A stretch of DNA of 64,000 nucleotides. It comes from Amphiscolops sp. MND2022. Lineage: Eukaryota. The stretch spans positions 88,290,001 to 88,354,000 of the forward strand of contig OZ076409.1 in NCBI GenBank assembly GCA_964187785.1, read 5' to 3'. Made by a program: the position numbers and the translations under genes. Positions 33,744-46,499 of this stretch are shown here, one piece after another. Numbering within the stretch: position 1 is the stretch's first letter; each line of letters starts with the position of its first letter. The notes beneath the pieces are model-generated. The model ran no database searches and was not told the DNA's origin. It saw only the letters and a list, made by a program, of their open reading frames with translations.

Positions 33744-33951
33744 ACTGAGGAATTTTTGAGGACTTAAACGCTACAAAGTCTTCAGGAATGATGAAAAGAT
33801 TGTATCATTAGAAATTGTCGATTGAGGCCAAGGTCTACCCATGAAGTACTTCATGGGTAGACCTTGGCCTCAATCGACAATTTCTAATGATACAATCTTT
33901 TCATCATTTCTGAAGACTTTGTAGCTTTTAAGTCCTCAAAAATTCCTCAGT
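33744..33951. repeat. Near-perfect 208-bp spacerless palindrome
   Basis: Centre CCCATGAAGT|ACTTCATGGG at 33847/33848. Confidence 0.95.
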
Positions 33952-34072
33952 TAAGTTACGTAACTTAATGCGAACTCAGCAAGAAAAATGGGAATTTCGA
34001 AAAAAATTCAATCACTGGATATATCAATGGTATTATCAATCTCGTTTTGTGGGATATCCATTGATAGAATTT

Positions 34073-34601
34073 TTCGACGGGTTTGCTCTTAATACTCGAC
34101 AGGTTAATTTTCGACAATTTAGTTTTTTTTTCGCCCTTCAAAGTCGACCAGTTGATTTCGATGAGTTTTCCGCATGCCATCATACATATAGTGGCACGAT
34201 CGAATTACCGCATATACATCACATCACGTAAATCGTTGTATAAATCGTGATTAATTTTAGTAATATGACTTTCAAGACAAAATTGATGGCTTCTCGCAAT
34301 TGGAATTCATCTTTTCACTCTTTCAATTTCTACCCCACAGCTTTCTAATTATAACATGATACGTCCGAATTAAACAAACATGCGAACATACTAACGTACT
34401 ACGTCAGAATCTTGGCTACGATCGTGTCACGATTTATACAACATTTTACGTGATTTGATGTATATGCGGTAATTCGATCGTGCCACTATATGTATGATGG
34501 CATGCGGAAAACTCATCGAAATCAACTGGTCGACATTGAAGGGCGAAAAAAACTACATTGTCGAAAATTAACCTGTCGAGTATTAAGAGCAAACTCGTCG
34601 A
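34073..34601. mobile_element. Foldback/MITE-like element with ~178-bp inverted arms
   Basis: 34073..34250 is the reverse complement of 34427..34601 with few mismatches. Confidence 0.75.
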
Positions 34602-34704
34602 CAAATTATAGAATGACAATTGGCTGCTAGTGACTCACCAGAAAACCACTCCTCTCAATTCCGTTTCGAAGTGCTTAAAATGTATTCCCTCCCATACAGA
34701 AACA

Positions 34705-35600
34705 GGTCAATCATACTCTGCCATCATACTCACAGTATGATTCCAAGCTGATCATACTCTGGACCATAAAGGTTTATGGTTCCACGCTTACCATACTCTG
34801 GACATATATGGTCCAGTCTATGATACGCCATGTTCCATAAAAAAGCAAAGTTTATGGTTCTAGTCTGACCATAGTCTGGGCCATATATGGTTCAGTCTAT
34901 GATTAACCTGGAACCATAAACCTTTATGGCCCAGAATATGGTCAGCCTGCAGGCATGAAAAGAAAATTAGGATAATGTAGTCAATTAACTCATACACTGA
35001 TGAAATTACAAAATATTCCTCAACCAAAGGTCCAATACAATCACCAAATTGAAAACAAGGTAGCAATCATCAATTTTTGGCAGCTTTTGCTAAAATTTTG
35101 GCAATTTTTTCTCGAAATAGTCGAAAATCACAGTTCAAAATGGGTACTGCTATAACAAAAGAGTTAGTTATTAACTAAGGAGTGGCTGAGAACAAATTGA
35201 GTGACTATAGGTTGTCTTTAACTCCGCTTAGAGCTTAACGGAGTCCTGACCTGCAGTGTTTTGTTCGCAGATACAAAAGGTCGAATCTATTGCCCTATAA
35301 AGCTGGCTGTTCTCAATATTTGAAAATTTTTGTTTGAGTTGCAAGTCACGTCATCCCGCGTTTGCAACAAAAATTTATGATTTCAGGTTGATCATACTCT
35401 GGACCCATTACGACGCCAAACAGGGAACTTTTGACTGCAACAGATCTGTTGCAGTGTGGTGTCGATTCTTCACATCGATTACATTACATGGGCCATATAT
35501 GATTCCAGGCTGATCATACTGTGGACCATATTTGATTCCAGACCGATCGTACTCTGGACCATATATCATTCCAGGTCGATCATGGCAAGATCATAGTAAG
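34705..35600. repeat. Degenerate minisatellite blocks with core ATCATACTCTGGACCATA
   Basis: Multiple copies at ~34705..34950 (both orientations) and ~35385..35600. Confidence 0.6.
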
Positions 35601-36639
35601 GAAATTTGTATGATTTGTATGGTGCCATAATTTGGTCATATTATGATCGGCCTGGTTAAATGTCTGTAATTGATGCGTGAACTTTTAAATTTTGCGCAAA
35701 ATAAAGCATTTCTAGTTGTAAACAGTAGTGATTCTACAAAAAGCATCGTAAAGTGAATCTCAAAACCGAACATCTGAAAACACTAGCGATTTTTTTTAAA
35801 TGGTAAAAGTAAAGAAGAGGTTCAAGAGGAAATGACGTCAGCAGTAAGCATGACTTATGGACCTGCAGACCATGGCCAAAAAAATCGGGAAAGAGGCTAC
35901 CGACAAAGAGAACAGCAAGAACTTGAGTATCTGATATACATGGACTTATTCATGCGTTTAGACTCGATAACTTATCTAACAGGTGCCCAAATCTGTGTGA
36001 TGGTTTGCACGACTTTAGAGTGTCACTACGACATGTAGCAATTACCGCCAAGGTGAGTCACGTCGCGTGAATTCCTTTCCATTTGTGCCAGTGGGGCCCC
36101 AGCTTGCTAGTTGTGTAGATTACTGCCATTTTGTATCATTAGGTTGCTGTTATAGCTGTATTTGCTCTATTTGATGTGTTATGGTTAAAAGCTACGTTCC
36201 TGGACCTTTCTCCCTAAAAATCTGGAAAGTTACATTTGTTGTCCTTTAGCAGGCTACAAGGAACTACTTGTTTTGTCTAACTCACATAAACGTGTCGACA
36301 AAAAATTGGGACTTTTTATTCTTAAAACCTTTTTCGGAAAACCGCATGCTGAAGAAAGTAATTTTTGGTTGAGAAAAAACTAAACTTTTTGGTGCCCGCA
36401 ATTTTGAGAACACTCAAGGTTTTTCATTTCTCACAAATAAAAGCGTGTGAAATTATATTTGTTGGAAGCAATTTCCCACGAAAGCTTAATATTTAAAAAA
36501 TTCATTCTGAAGTTGATTCATCAATATTCGTAGGTAAGCCTTGACTTATCATTATAGTTGCGGTAAATTGGATCAAATAAAATTATCTCCATTTTCTAAA
36601 ACCGTTTGCTCTTCAGATATTAGAATATGGAAAAATTTT

Positions 36640-39600
36640 GAGCGCTGCTAAAACTGGAAAAAGATTATACCAGGAAACGTCTTATATTCAACTGAAGGTC
36701 AAAGTTTTTCATAACTTGGAAACCAAGATTCAGTGCCTATTTACTAACCAAGAACATACAAATAAACCAAGAGGATATCACTGAAGAAAGAAGGAAGAGT
36801 TGCAAACAATGTGAATCTCTATCGTGAGATGGTCATGCATCTAGATGACTCTCTACTGCAAGCTGTCATTTCTTCTGGGACAAACTATGGTCTCAAAATA
36901 AGGTCGTATTTGTATGAGAAATATGTGCAAATAGAAATGTCGCAGATTCTTTCGTTGTGGAAGCAGTTCTTCGACTCAAGAGTTGGACCCGGTCAGACCG
37001 TTTGATGTTATCCAACTAGATGACATGCTTTGCTTTTCGAATTGAAATCCGCTAAAGAAAATATTAGTGGAAAATTGAAAATTGCGAAGTTCTTAAAGCC
37101 TTATTTGAAGAATTCGAGTCTTTTACCGCAGCAATTCAATTCCAAAAAAAATGACTATAACGAGTTAAACAACAATCTGATTGAAAATTTTTTTAACTAC
37201 CGAGCAAAGAAGTAACCATCGAAGAGAATTCGAATGGGGTAGTTGCCAATGTTCATTTTGGCAAAACCAAGAAAAACAATCCTGTTTACAAATGTGCTAA
37301 ATGTGGAAAAACAAATCACAAAACGCAATATTAATTTGCACCTGGTGGCAGATTCCACAAACTCAAACAGAAAACGTCAGCTAGGGATGACAAGCTAGTT
37401 CGTGTTTCTCACTACAATTGTGGGAACAAATTATTCATTTAGAGTGGCTGTCCCGATCATTTTTTGAATGATCAACGATTTTTCAAAAAATTCAACAAGC
37501 ATTTTCTTTTTAAGTATGTTTGCAATGCATATCTTTCGAAACAAGAAATTCATGGCATTGGAGATGAATGTAGTAGATACCAGGGGGTACACATGTTGTT
37601 AAAAATCTTGAGAAAGCTCCATACGTTCCGGAATATAAATTCATCTAACTAACAAGGAAGAAACTGGTTGAGAAGAACAATTCATTCAACTCTATTTCGG
37701 AAGAAGTCATTTATCTAGTGGAAACAAAGCAAAAAGTGTGCTGTTTTCTATTGACGATATATATTAACTCAGTTTTGTCAGTCCAATCTGAATCGAAAGT
37801 TTTTATTAGTGAAACTTTAAAATCGAGATTACCAAAATCAAGGTGGTCCATGTATATGCTGTGGCACTCACGTTTCGGACATGCCTCAAATGACATATTA
37901 AGACAAATGAAAAACGGCTTTTCCCTCATTGGTCTTGAAACAGTTTTTAGCAATGAGAAAAGGAGCATTGTCAACCTTGTGCACTTAATCAAAGCACATT
38001 CGAGAACATTCCAAAAGCATCACGTGATGTTTCGACGGAAAAAGTTGATCAATTTCATTTCGATCTTTCTGGATCTTTTCCGGAGTCCTTGAAAAATCAA
38101 CGTTACATTGTATCCTTCATAGATGATCAAAAAAAGTTTGCAAGATTATGTTTCATGAGGGAAAATCAGAAATCCCTAAAAAATTCAAATAACATTTTAC
38201 TTACGTTGGCAAAAAAATCTCAAATCTCTTCGTTCTGATGATGGAACTGAGTCCACCAGTCAAGCATTTCGTGAAATTTGCATCAATGAAAGCATTCGAC
38301 AGGAACTTAGTTCATCTTACACTCCACTCCAAAACGGAGTACCGGAGCGTAAATTGCGAACATTTTGTGATATGACTAAATGTTTTCTCTCAGAATCAAA
38401 TTTCAAAGACAGTTTTTGGAGTCGCGCTGCTGACACAGCTTGCTTTATTCGAAATCGTTCTTTAACAAAAGGTAACAATTCAGACAAAACACATTACGAA
38501 GTGTTCTACCACAAAAAATCTACTGTATATGATATACGGCGTTTTGGTTGCCTGGCTTACAACAAAACTATGTCTAATTGACATAAATTTGACGCAAAAA
38601 AATGATACTCTGTGGTTTTTTCTGGGAAAGTAAAAAATATATACTCTATTTATTGAAAAAGCGGTTCATCTGTAGCCGTAATGTCAAATTTGGTGAACAA
38701 CAGTTAATTTCTCGATGTCAAAGGAATCCAGTTGATCCTTTCCTTTTCAGCCTGTATCAGTCAATCAAACAGGGATGAATCAACACATAGTGAAAGTTCA
38801 CATTCGCTTCTGATGCCTTCTTTTGCTGATAATGAAAATCCGGTCAACCAACTAACATCTCTTCAAAAGTGACCGAGTAAAAAACTAGAATGATTAGGCA
38901 TTCCATTTCATTTTCCTGACGAGCAGAAAATAACAGATTTCACGTTTTCTGTTCAGTGTCGCTCTTGGGAAAAAGATCCTTTGACTTATTCGAATGCAAT
39001 GAATTCAATGAATTGTTAATGTTGGAGACAAACATTAAGTTCCGAATTGGATTAACTTGAAAAACTTGTTGCTTATAATCTGGTGGTTATAACAAAAAAT
39101 GTCCTTTAATACAAGGCAAGGGGATCTTTGTTACAAAAAGATTGCCAGATGGTTCAATTTCAAAAAACAAAGCCGCTTATGTCGCGAAAGACTTTTCATT
39201 AGTTTATGGTTAAAATTACACTGAACCTTTTTCACCCACTGCGTAACATCCAACAATACGTGTCTTACTTGCACTAGCTGCTAAAAATTCAATAAAAATT
39301 CATCAAATATGTGTCAAAACAGCCCTTTTCAGTTCTCCAATAAACGATAATATCTATCGATACAACCTCCCGGCTCCATTCAGAAGGGGTATGAACACAA
39401 AATCTGGACACTGAAAAATGTTTGTACGGATTCAAACAAACAAGCATTTCAACTAAACAACTCAAGTTCAAGAAAACTGAACAAGACACTTGTCTTTTTG
39501 TCCGACAAATTGGTAAAAGAAATCAAAACTTTTTGTCTTGGGTTGATGATATACTCGTTTTTACTAAAGAAGACAATGAAACCACGGACATTAAGAATTC

Positions 39601-40293
39601 AATCGAAAAGTTTGTGCAAATAGATGATCAACAAGTTTTTGTTTGGGCATGCAAATTCAAATGAAAGATGGAACAAGCGCCATTTCTCACGAGGGTTTTA
39701 TTTCCATATTACTCGAAACATGAAGTATGAGTGACTACAAAATAGCAAAAACCCAATATGGAACGTGCAATTCGATGAAGATTCAAAATCTTCTGATGAA
39801 AATTTGAACATTGGTTCTTTACTTTACTTGTCTGTTTCAACACGACCTGATATAAATTTTCCCGAAATCAATTGCAGGTGTCATGTTTAAACTAAACGAA
39901 AATGATTCGCCAGTCATTTTGCGATCTTGAAAACAGTCCTTGATTTCACTTTCAACGTGTGAAGCTGAAAACATAGCATTGGCTTTATTGATTGAGATTT
40001 CAAACTTGTACAGAATATTTTCATCAGAATTCAATTGAAAGTCGATAATGTTTCAGTTCACATAGATAGTCAGTCTGAAATGGCATTGATACGAAATCCA
40101 ATATTTTCCCAAAGATCAAAATACATCGACTTGAAGTATCATTTTTTCAGAGTTTTTCGAGGATTGTTCTGCAGAACTTCGCTAGGTTGATACGAACTCA
40201 ACCTTTGCCGACGTGTTCACCAAAGTCCTGAGTGGGATAAAATTCAAACATTTCGGGTCAAAGTTGTCCTTTGCGTCATGAATCGAGGAGGGG
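36640..40293 (+). pseudogene. Decayed Ty1/Copia retrotransposon (gag knuckle, PR, IN, RT, RNase H, PPT)
   Basis: Fragments in copia order with many stops and frameshifts: CAKCGKTNH, ESGCPDH, LWHSRFGH, LRSDDGTE, YTPLQNGVPER, FWSRAADTACFIRNRS, RFGCLAY, YGFKQ, WVDDILVF, STCEAENIAL, ADVFTK. GAGGAGGGG is followed by TGTTGG at 40294. Confidence 0.9.
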
Positions 40294-41029
40294 TGTTGGA
40301 AAATATTTCCCGCTGAAAAATCGATTGAGTCAATCGTTGTCGATAAACTTTTTCCACCTCTTAACTTTAAACCAAAGTTTACTGAAAGAAAATTGTGTTC
40401 AGCCCCATTCATCTGTATTTGACTCTGACTATTCGCTTTTTAGGATAAAAGTGAAAATCTGAATTGAAGGCAATTGTAAAAAAATTTGGGCAGCTTCTCT
40501 CATGAAATCCAATTTGTCAGTTGCGGTGATCTCAATTGAAAAATAATGCCATTTGGAATGATATGAGTCAATTTCAGAATGTTTTCAAATTGTTGAAAAA
40601 ATTTGATCTGGAGCTGATGTTGGTCCGCTATGTCACATTTTCACTACTTGAAAATCAGTCTACCCAAATTGTACCTCTCAAGACTCTACAAACAAGACTC
40701 ACTCAAAACGCTGAAGCTGGACGCAACTTTACTCTGAAGTTTGAATTATTTCACCGGAAAACTCCAATGAAAACCTAATTGAACAACTTTGACTAGACAA
40801 ATAACGAAACATACTGCTCTCTGGTCCCCAAAAATTATTCAAGATATAACGTTCAGAAAGAGCAACAAACTAGACATGCTTATATTGCGTGAAAATGCCA
40901 TGATATATTGCCTATACGGAGAAAAGACCATTGATTATACTTTAATTTCAAAAATGAAGTCTCTAGTCTGAATCGAAACGGACGCTTGCCAGGAGATTTA
41001 CCGCCTTTAGTCTTTCATTTCGTCGAATC

Positions 41030-42636
41030 ACATCAGCTCTTCTGGATAATAGTGGGTTTTCCTCATACATGCCAGTCTGCTCGGATTGTGACTGGCAATA
41101 GCAATTATTCTATATTTGACCTTATACTGATTGTTTTCTCTAGTTTGCAGACCACGGGTGGGTGCTGTCTCAGTTTCACTGCTCCCAAAATGATGATCAA
41201 ACTAGCAACAACAGGAGCGAGCTAACTCTTAAGGTGTAACAATTTGACGTGCAAATTGTTCTCCAAGAGTTTGAATGGTATGCGAATGGTATTACTGCAA
41301 AAGTGAATTGATAGGTCAAACACGTTCCTCACTCGCACATGTATTCCCTAGTTGAAAGTGCCCTGTTTTATAAAAGAAAATTAGCCGGATTTGTTGAAAG
41401 TGCCTGTAAAATTTCGCGGCAATTTCGACTAGGGTTGTGAGAAGGACGGAAACTTCTTAACTGACAGACTTGAAACTGATTTCCTGTTGGACCAACTGAT
41501 AACCGAAATAATCTTTTTGGTGCACTGAAAACCGACTGGAAAATTATTGAAACGCAACATAAATGTCATTTTATGTCGCGGTGGCTAAACGACAGAGCGC
41601 CGAGCAACTTGTGAAGAAAGTCAGCTAGAAGCTGAAAGACAATGCCTTCAGATCTGTCCATTTTGACAAAGCAACAGGGTTCTGCAGTATGAAACAGACT
41701 ACGGATGAGATGGTTGAAATTTTTTTCCTGCAGACAATTCACTGCAGAGTAATGGAGCAAGACCACTTGCCATCAAGATTGAAAAAGACCTCAATCAGGT
41801 CCTCCTGTCTGGAAAATTTTCGGAATGATTTCATAACGAAGTCCGTTTAATAGGTGGTACACCGCCAAAATTGTATGGCCTCGTCAAAGTCCACAGAAAT
41901 ACACTCCGCTTCGACCCGTGACTTCATTCTCATGTAGCTTCTACTGCAACCTTATTCGCAAGTTCTCACTCTTCTCTCAAGATATAGCAGCTGAGAACGT
42001 TTGGACCTCCACTGCTGACATGAGGAATGGCATTATTGCTGCTGAAATGGAACCAGACGAGTTGGTTTTCTCGATGGACGTGTAGGGTCTTTTTACCAAC
42101 GTGCCGTGGATGAAGCAATCCTCCCTGCATTTATAAGGACCGATAAACCAACAAGAAAACCGGCGATTGATAAGGTCTTTCTGAATTGAACGTAAGGATG
42201 TCCTTCTGAGTTCAGCTGTTACCAACGTGCATTTTGTGGCTGAAAGTTGATTGTATAAACGGGGCGACGGTTTTCTATTGGATCAGCTTTAACTGGTATT
42301 TTAGCTAATCTGCGCTTGAAAAACATTACTGAGTGACTGAAACACCTAAGCAAGAACTAGAGAGGGTCAGCAAGAACATCAGCTCTTCTGGATAATAGTG
42401 GGTTTTTCTCATACATGCCAGTCTACTCGGATTGTGACTGGCAATAGCAATTATCTTATATTTTACCTTTTTCTGATTATTTTCCCTAGTTTGCAGACCA
42501 CGGGTGGGTGCTGTCTCAGTTTCACTGCTCCCAAAATAATGATGAAACTAGCAACCATAGGAGCGAGCTTACTCTTAAGGTGTAACAATTTGACATGCTC
42601 AGATGCAAATTGTTCTCCAAGATTCAAAATGGTATG
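41030..42636 (+). repeat. ~255-bp direct repeat pair (41030..41282 and 42376..42636) flanking the PLE remnant
   Basis: Both copies start ACATCAGCTCTTCTGGATAATAGTGGG and end ATGGTATG, with scattered substitutions. Confidence 0.9.
41540..42340 (+). pseudogene. Penelope-like (PLE) reverse transcriptase remnant
   Basis: Broken motifs PPKLYGLVKVH..PLRPV and SMDV*GLFTNVP. Confidence 0.65.
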
Positions 42637-42932
42637 AGCGTCGTACGCCTAACTTGGTGAAAAAGACGTATTCTGATCGATTAGACAGCTCAAATTTGAA
42701 TTCCACGTTCAACGAATGGTTATCACGTTAGCTAGACATGTACTTGTTTTAACACCGCTCAGGCACTTTTGTAACAGCCCTGTCGTTATAAGATTATCTA
42801 AAGTATCTAAAGTATGGATTTTGTATAAAAGCATGCACTAAGAAATAGCAAATTATTCTATGTTTTCTTCATCGAGGAAAGAATTCTACGCATAATTATT
42901 TTCAGAAACAGAAAACGTCCGGGTAAACTATT

Positions 42933-44153
42933 TGTCATAACTGTTTCCATCATCACTTTGATTATAATCCACTGAATTCTCTCTATGGTGATTTATTCGG
43001 TTACTACTCATTGCTACTAATCTAAGGAAGTCATTCTTAGCATCCTGGGCCGCTTTACCGGAAAATTTTTGGTGCGGTCCATCTGACCGAAGGTCACTTT
43101 GCGGACGTACTTGTCTAAAAGTACTCGGATGCGGTCCATCTGACCGAAGGTCCAAATTCGTGCTTTCAGCTGGATTCTGGACTCCCATTGCATTTTCGAT
43201 GCTGGTAATCACCTTTTCTTCAATTGCTGGGTTGATTACGTCTAAAATGTGTGAATTTAGATCTGATTTCATTTCCTCTAGTTTTTTAGACATTTGTGAA
43301 GAAATTTCTGAATTTATTGCTCTACTAGTCTCTGCAGTAATTTCACTATTTTCACTCAGGTCGGTATTCAAAAGTGATCTAAAGTTTCTTCTTATCGATT
43401 TTGTTTCCTTTTGTAGTCTCTTAGAGTCTCCAAGATCTTCATCACTGACGTTTTCATCCTTTACTTGATCGCTTTCCTGATAATTTCCTAACATCACGAC
43501 TAGATTTTTAATATCAGACATTACGTCAGATTGTCTTAAACGCTTTTCTTTAGCTTTCTGCTTTCTAGTTGAAGGCATTTCGATGAAAAGTTTGTTTTAA
43601 CAGTCAAGTAAACAACAGATCAAAGTTTCACGGTAGTGTATGTATATCGTTGTAACAGTATTGAATGAAACCCTGGACACCAATCTCTTCGTATATATAC
43701 ATTTATCACCATGAGATTCAATATTTCGAGTGTCAAAGGGTAAAAATAGAAATGATGTCATCGTTAAAATAGCAACAACCTAAATATGACATAATCTTTG
43801 GTATAAATAGAAAATAGGGTGAATTGAAACAAAACGTCATTTGTCCTCTTTTTTATAAACAGAAGCAACCACCAAACTGATATTAATGAATAGATGCAAA
43901 CAGCAATTTCTGGACCAAAACTCAACTATTGTCACTTGAAGAGTTTGCTCAAAAGTGTTTGTTTTACTGGGTCAACGGATTCAAGAATGACGTCAATCGC
44001 TTTAGTAGAGTGGAACGTTACTGCGAAAGGGACAGAAGGTTTTAGCAACAGACAAATTGGCGACACAACTTTACGAGACGTTTCAGCGACATACTTGTCA
44101 TCGGAACGTTCCACATCCAAAAAAAATCAGATTTTACATCGGAAAACGTGACA
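42933..44153 (-). mobile_element. Solo or orphan LTR of a related Gypsy family with an open 216-aa Gag N-terminal ORF (42928..43578); right boundary uncertain
   Basis: MPSTRKQKAKEK..DVMSDIKNLVVMLG is homologous to MPSTRRQKAKAR..DILSDMDNLDVMIG. It ends at TATGACA with no PBS. TATATA lies ~115 nt upstream of the ATG, as in the intact LTR. Confidence 0.75.
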
Positions 44154-44159
44154 AAAAAC

Positions 44160-46173
44160 TAGATTCAGAAATCCCCACCATCGACGAATAGAGTCTTGAG
44201 ACCACTTCTTTGCTTTATTAGTGCCCCGCTGCAGCTTGCGACCACCAGGAGATGTCTTGATAAGGAAAGTCGAGCTGGAGTAAACACCTAGCGGAACCGA
44301 AAATCGCAGCGCAATCAAGTAGCATCTTGTCCATTAGCATATGTTTGCACTCGATAAACCGTGCATTCTTCATGGGGATTTGGCCATTCGATAAAACCAT
44401 AGTCAAACTCTTGAAAAAATCTGGCAAATCTGATTATTCTAATCCATCTTCATGGAGACCTATTTCACTTACATCCCATTTAGGAAAAGTAGTTGAACAA
44501 GTGATAGATAGAAGACTAAGATCTTTCGATATCCTCGACATTGATGAACAGCAATTTGGATTTCAGCCAGGCAAGTCAACTTTGCGCTACTTATTCAAAT
44601 TATATCATGATATCTTAGCAATGAAAACTTACCAATAGCAACAGTATATGATCTAGAGAAAGCTTTTGGGTCTGTAGATCAAACTTTATTGCTAAGCAAG
44701 CTAAGAAACTGTGGTTTAAATGGTCCAATGCTAGCTACTACAAAATCGTTTTTATCGAATCGGAAAGTCAGTATTCAAGTCATTGATTATATCGACATGT
44801 CATTTGTTCCTCTTAATGGTTTACCTCAGGGGGCTGTACTGTCACCACTTTTGTTTATATTCTATATGAAGGGCTTCCTACAAGATGCGGACTTAACATA
44901 TAAGTATGCAGATGACAGTACTTCTCTTTCAAGCAAAGAAAACCTAAGCACATCTTTAAAAAAGGCGGAAAACTATACTTACAAATGAAGGCAGGTGCTG
45001 AATAAAGACAAAACTGAACATATGAGTTTCTCAAAAGAAGTCCGACTATAAATTTGTTGAGAGAAGGAAAATACTTGGCTTATGGTTTGAATGAGATTTT
45101 AGTTTCAATACACATGCTGCCATTATCTGTGCCTCAATGGTTAATTTCTGGAAAGAAACTAGTATACTTATAACGCAAGAATTAAATCCAATTTACGCTG
45201 TACGTATCTTTGATTCATATGTTAAACCACGTGTCACGTACTGTATGAATATTTGGTTTCATCAAAATAAGACATCTCTGAACAAGATGTGGTGGAGTGT
45301 TCATAAATCTATCTTTGGGGTAAGAAACTACCAAGTATCGAAACACGTAGTTAGTGTTTTGAGTAATATTTGACCTCATTCTCTACTCTACACTAATCAA
45401 GTATTAAGATTTCTACATTCAACCGCTCGAAGTGCAGATATATTAAACCCAGGTAATTGAGCAATCATACCCCGACATGTCATTATGGTGAGAATACTTT
45501 CGGAACACAAATTTTCAATTGTAAATCGTGATCCTGATGAAATTAGGGCAATATACATACAATATGCTAGCCAATCCTCAGTCAGTACTTCTGGGAAGGA
45601 AGCGGATGAGTGTTGCAGGCACTTATGGCAACGAGAAATAAAGCAAGGTCTTATGTACTCAAAATACTCATGGCTTAAATAAAGAAACAGCATCATGAAA
45701 ATGCTAGCACAATATCCTAGGAAACTTTCCGTCGTGTGTTCCTAGGAAAACGCTTTGTGTTCTAATGAATGACTTTGAAGTACGCTAAGTATCATTCAGA
45801 AGTATTAAGAGCAAACCCGATATTTGTCCCTATTGTAGAGTTGTCGATGATACTGCACAATTCTTTTTTTCCTGTGTCTCATACCAAGAACACCAAAGGA
45901 ATTTCATTAAGGAGCTTGAAAATAAAAAAATTGACGAAACGCTAGTTTGCTAAATTGCGAAAACAAGCATGGTATAAGCGCGTTGCCTGGCTTTAATGCA
46001 AGCATAGTTTAATTCTAATAACCCTGCAATCCTCACTTGCATTCATTCTGTGTCAATTCTATCTACAATTTTTTTTGTTCTGGAATCAATGATAGAAAGT
46101 CATTTGTACTGCCACATTCCGAATATTAATTGATTTCTTCTTCTTCTTACTTTACAACTTACTTTACAACTTA
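44160..46173 (+). pseudogene. Decayed non-LTR (LINE) reverse transcriptase with a microsatellite-like tail
   Basis: SWRPISLTSHLGK, QFGFQPGKST, DLEKAF, GLPQGAVLSPLLF, YADD, with stops and frameshifts; (TTC)n and TTACTTTACAAC repeats at ~46135..46173. Confidence 0.88.
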
Positions 46174-46499
46174 TTTTTTTTCAACCTCTATATCGTTGCA
46201 GCCTTTAAAAATTTCTACCGGTCGACTGAGATAGTGGCTGGTATGAGTAATTTGTTGGTTGTTTCTTCTTGTTACTGGTCTAGTGGGATAGTGGCTGGTA
46301 TGGGGTTCCCCACTTTCGTTGCAGACCACGGGTGTGTGTCTTCTCCCCCCAACATGCATACAACAAAACGGTTTTTTGAAACTTTTAAGCTGCAGCGAGA
46401 CAATTCGGCGCAATACCAAACGTCCGGAGTCTTCTGTGAACCATGTGTATCAGTCACGTTTGATGAAAGTAAATTGTAGAAAGCATCTTGTAAACTTGT

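Noticed and set aside
41005..41050. Hammerhead ribozyme on the minus strand (CTGATGTGATTCGACGAAA)
   Set aside because: The core deviates from CTGANGA, and I could not build stems I and III.
42927..43930. 6-bp TSD ACTATT defining the orphan LTR as 42933..43924
   Set aside because: The length does not fit the 5-bp TSD of the intact relative, and LTR-like sequence seems to continue to ~44153; the match may be chance.
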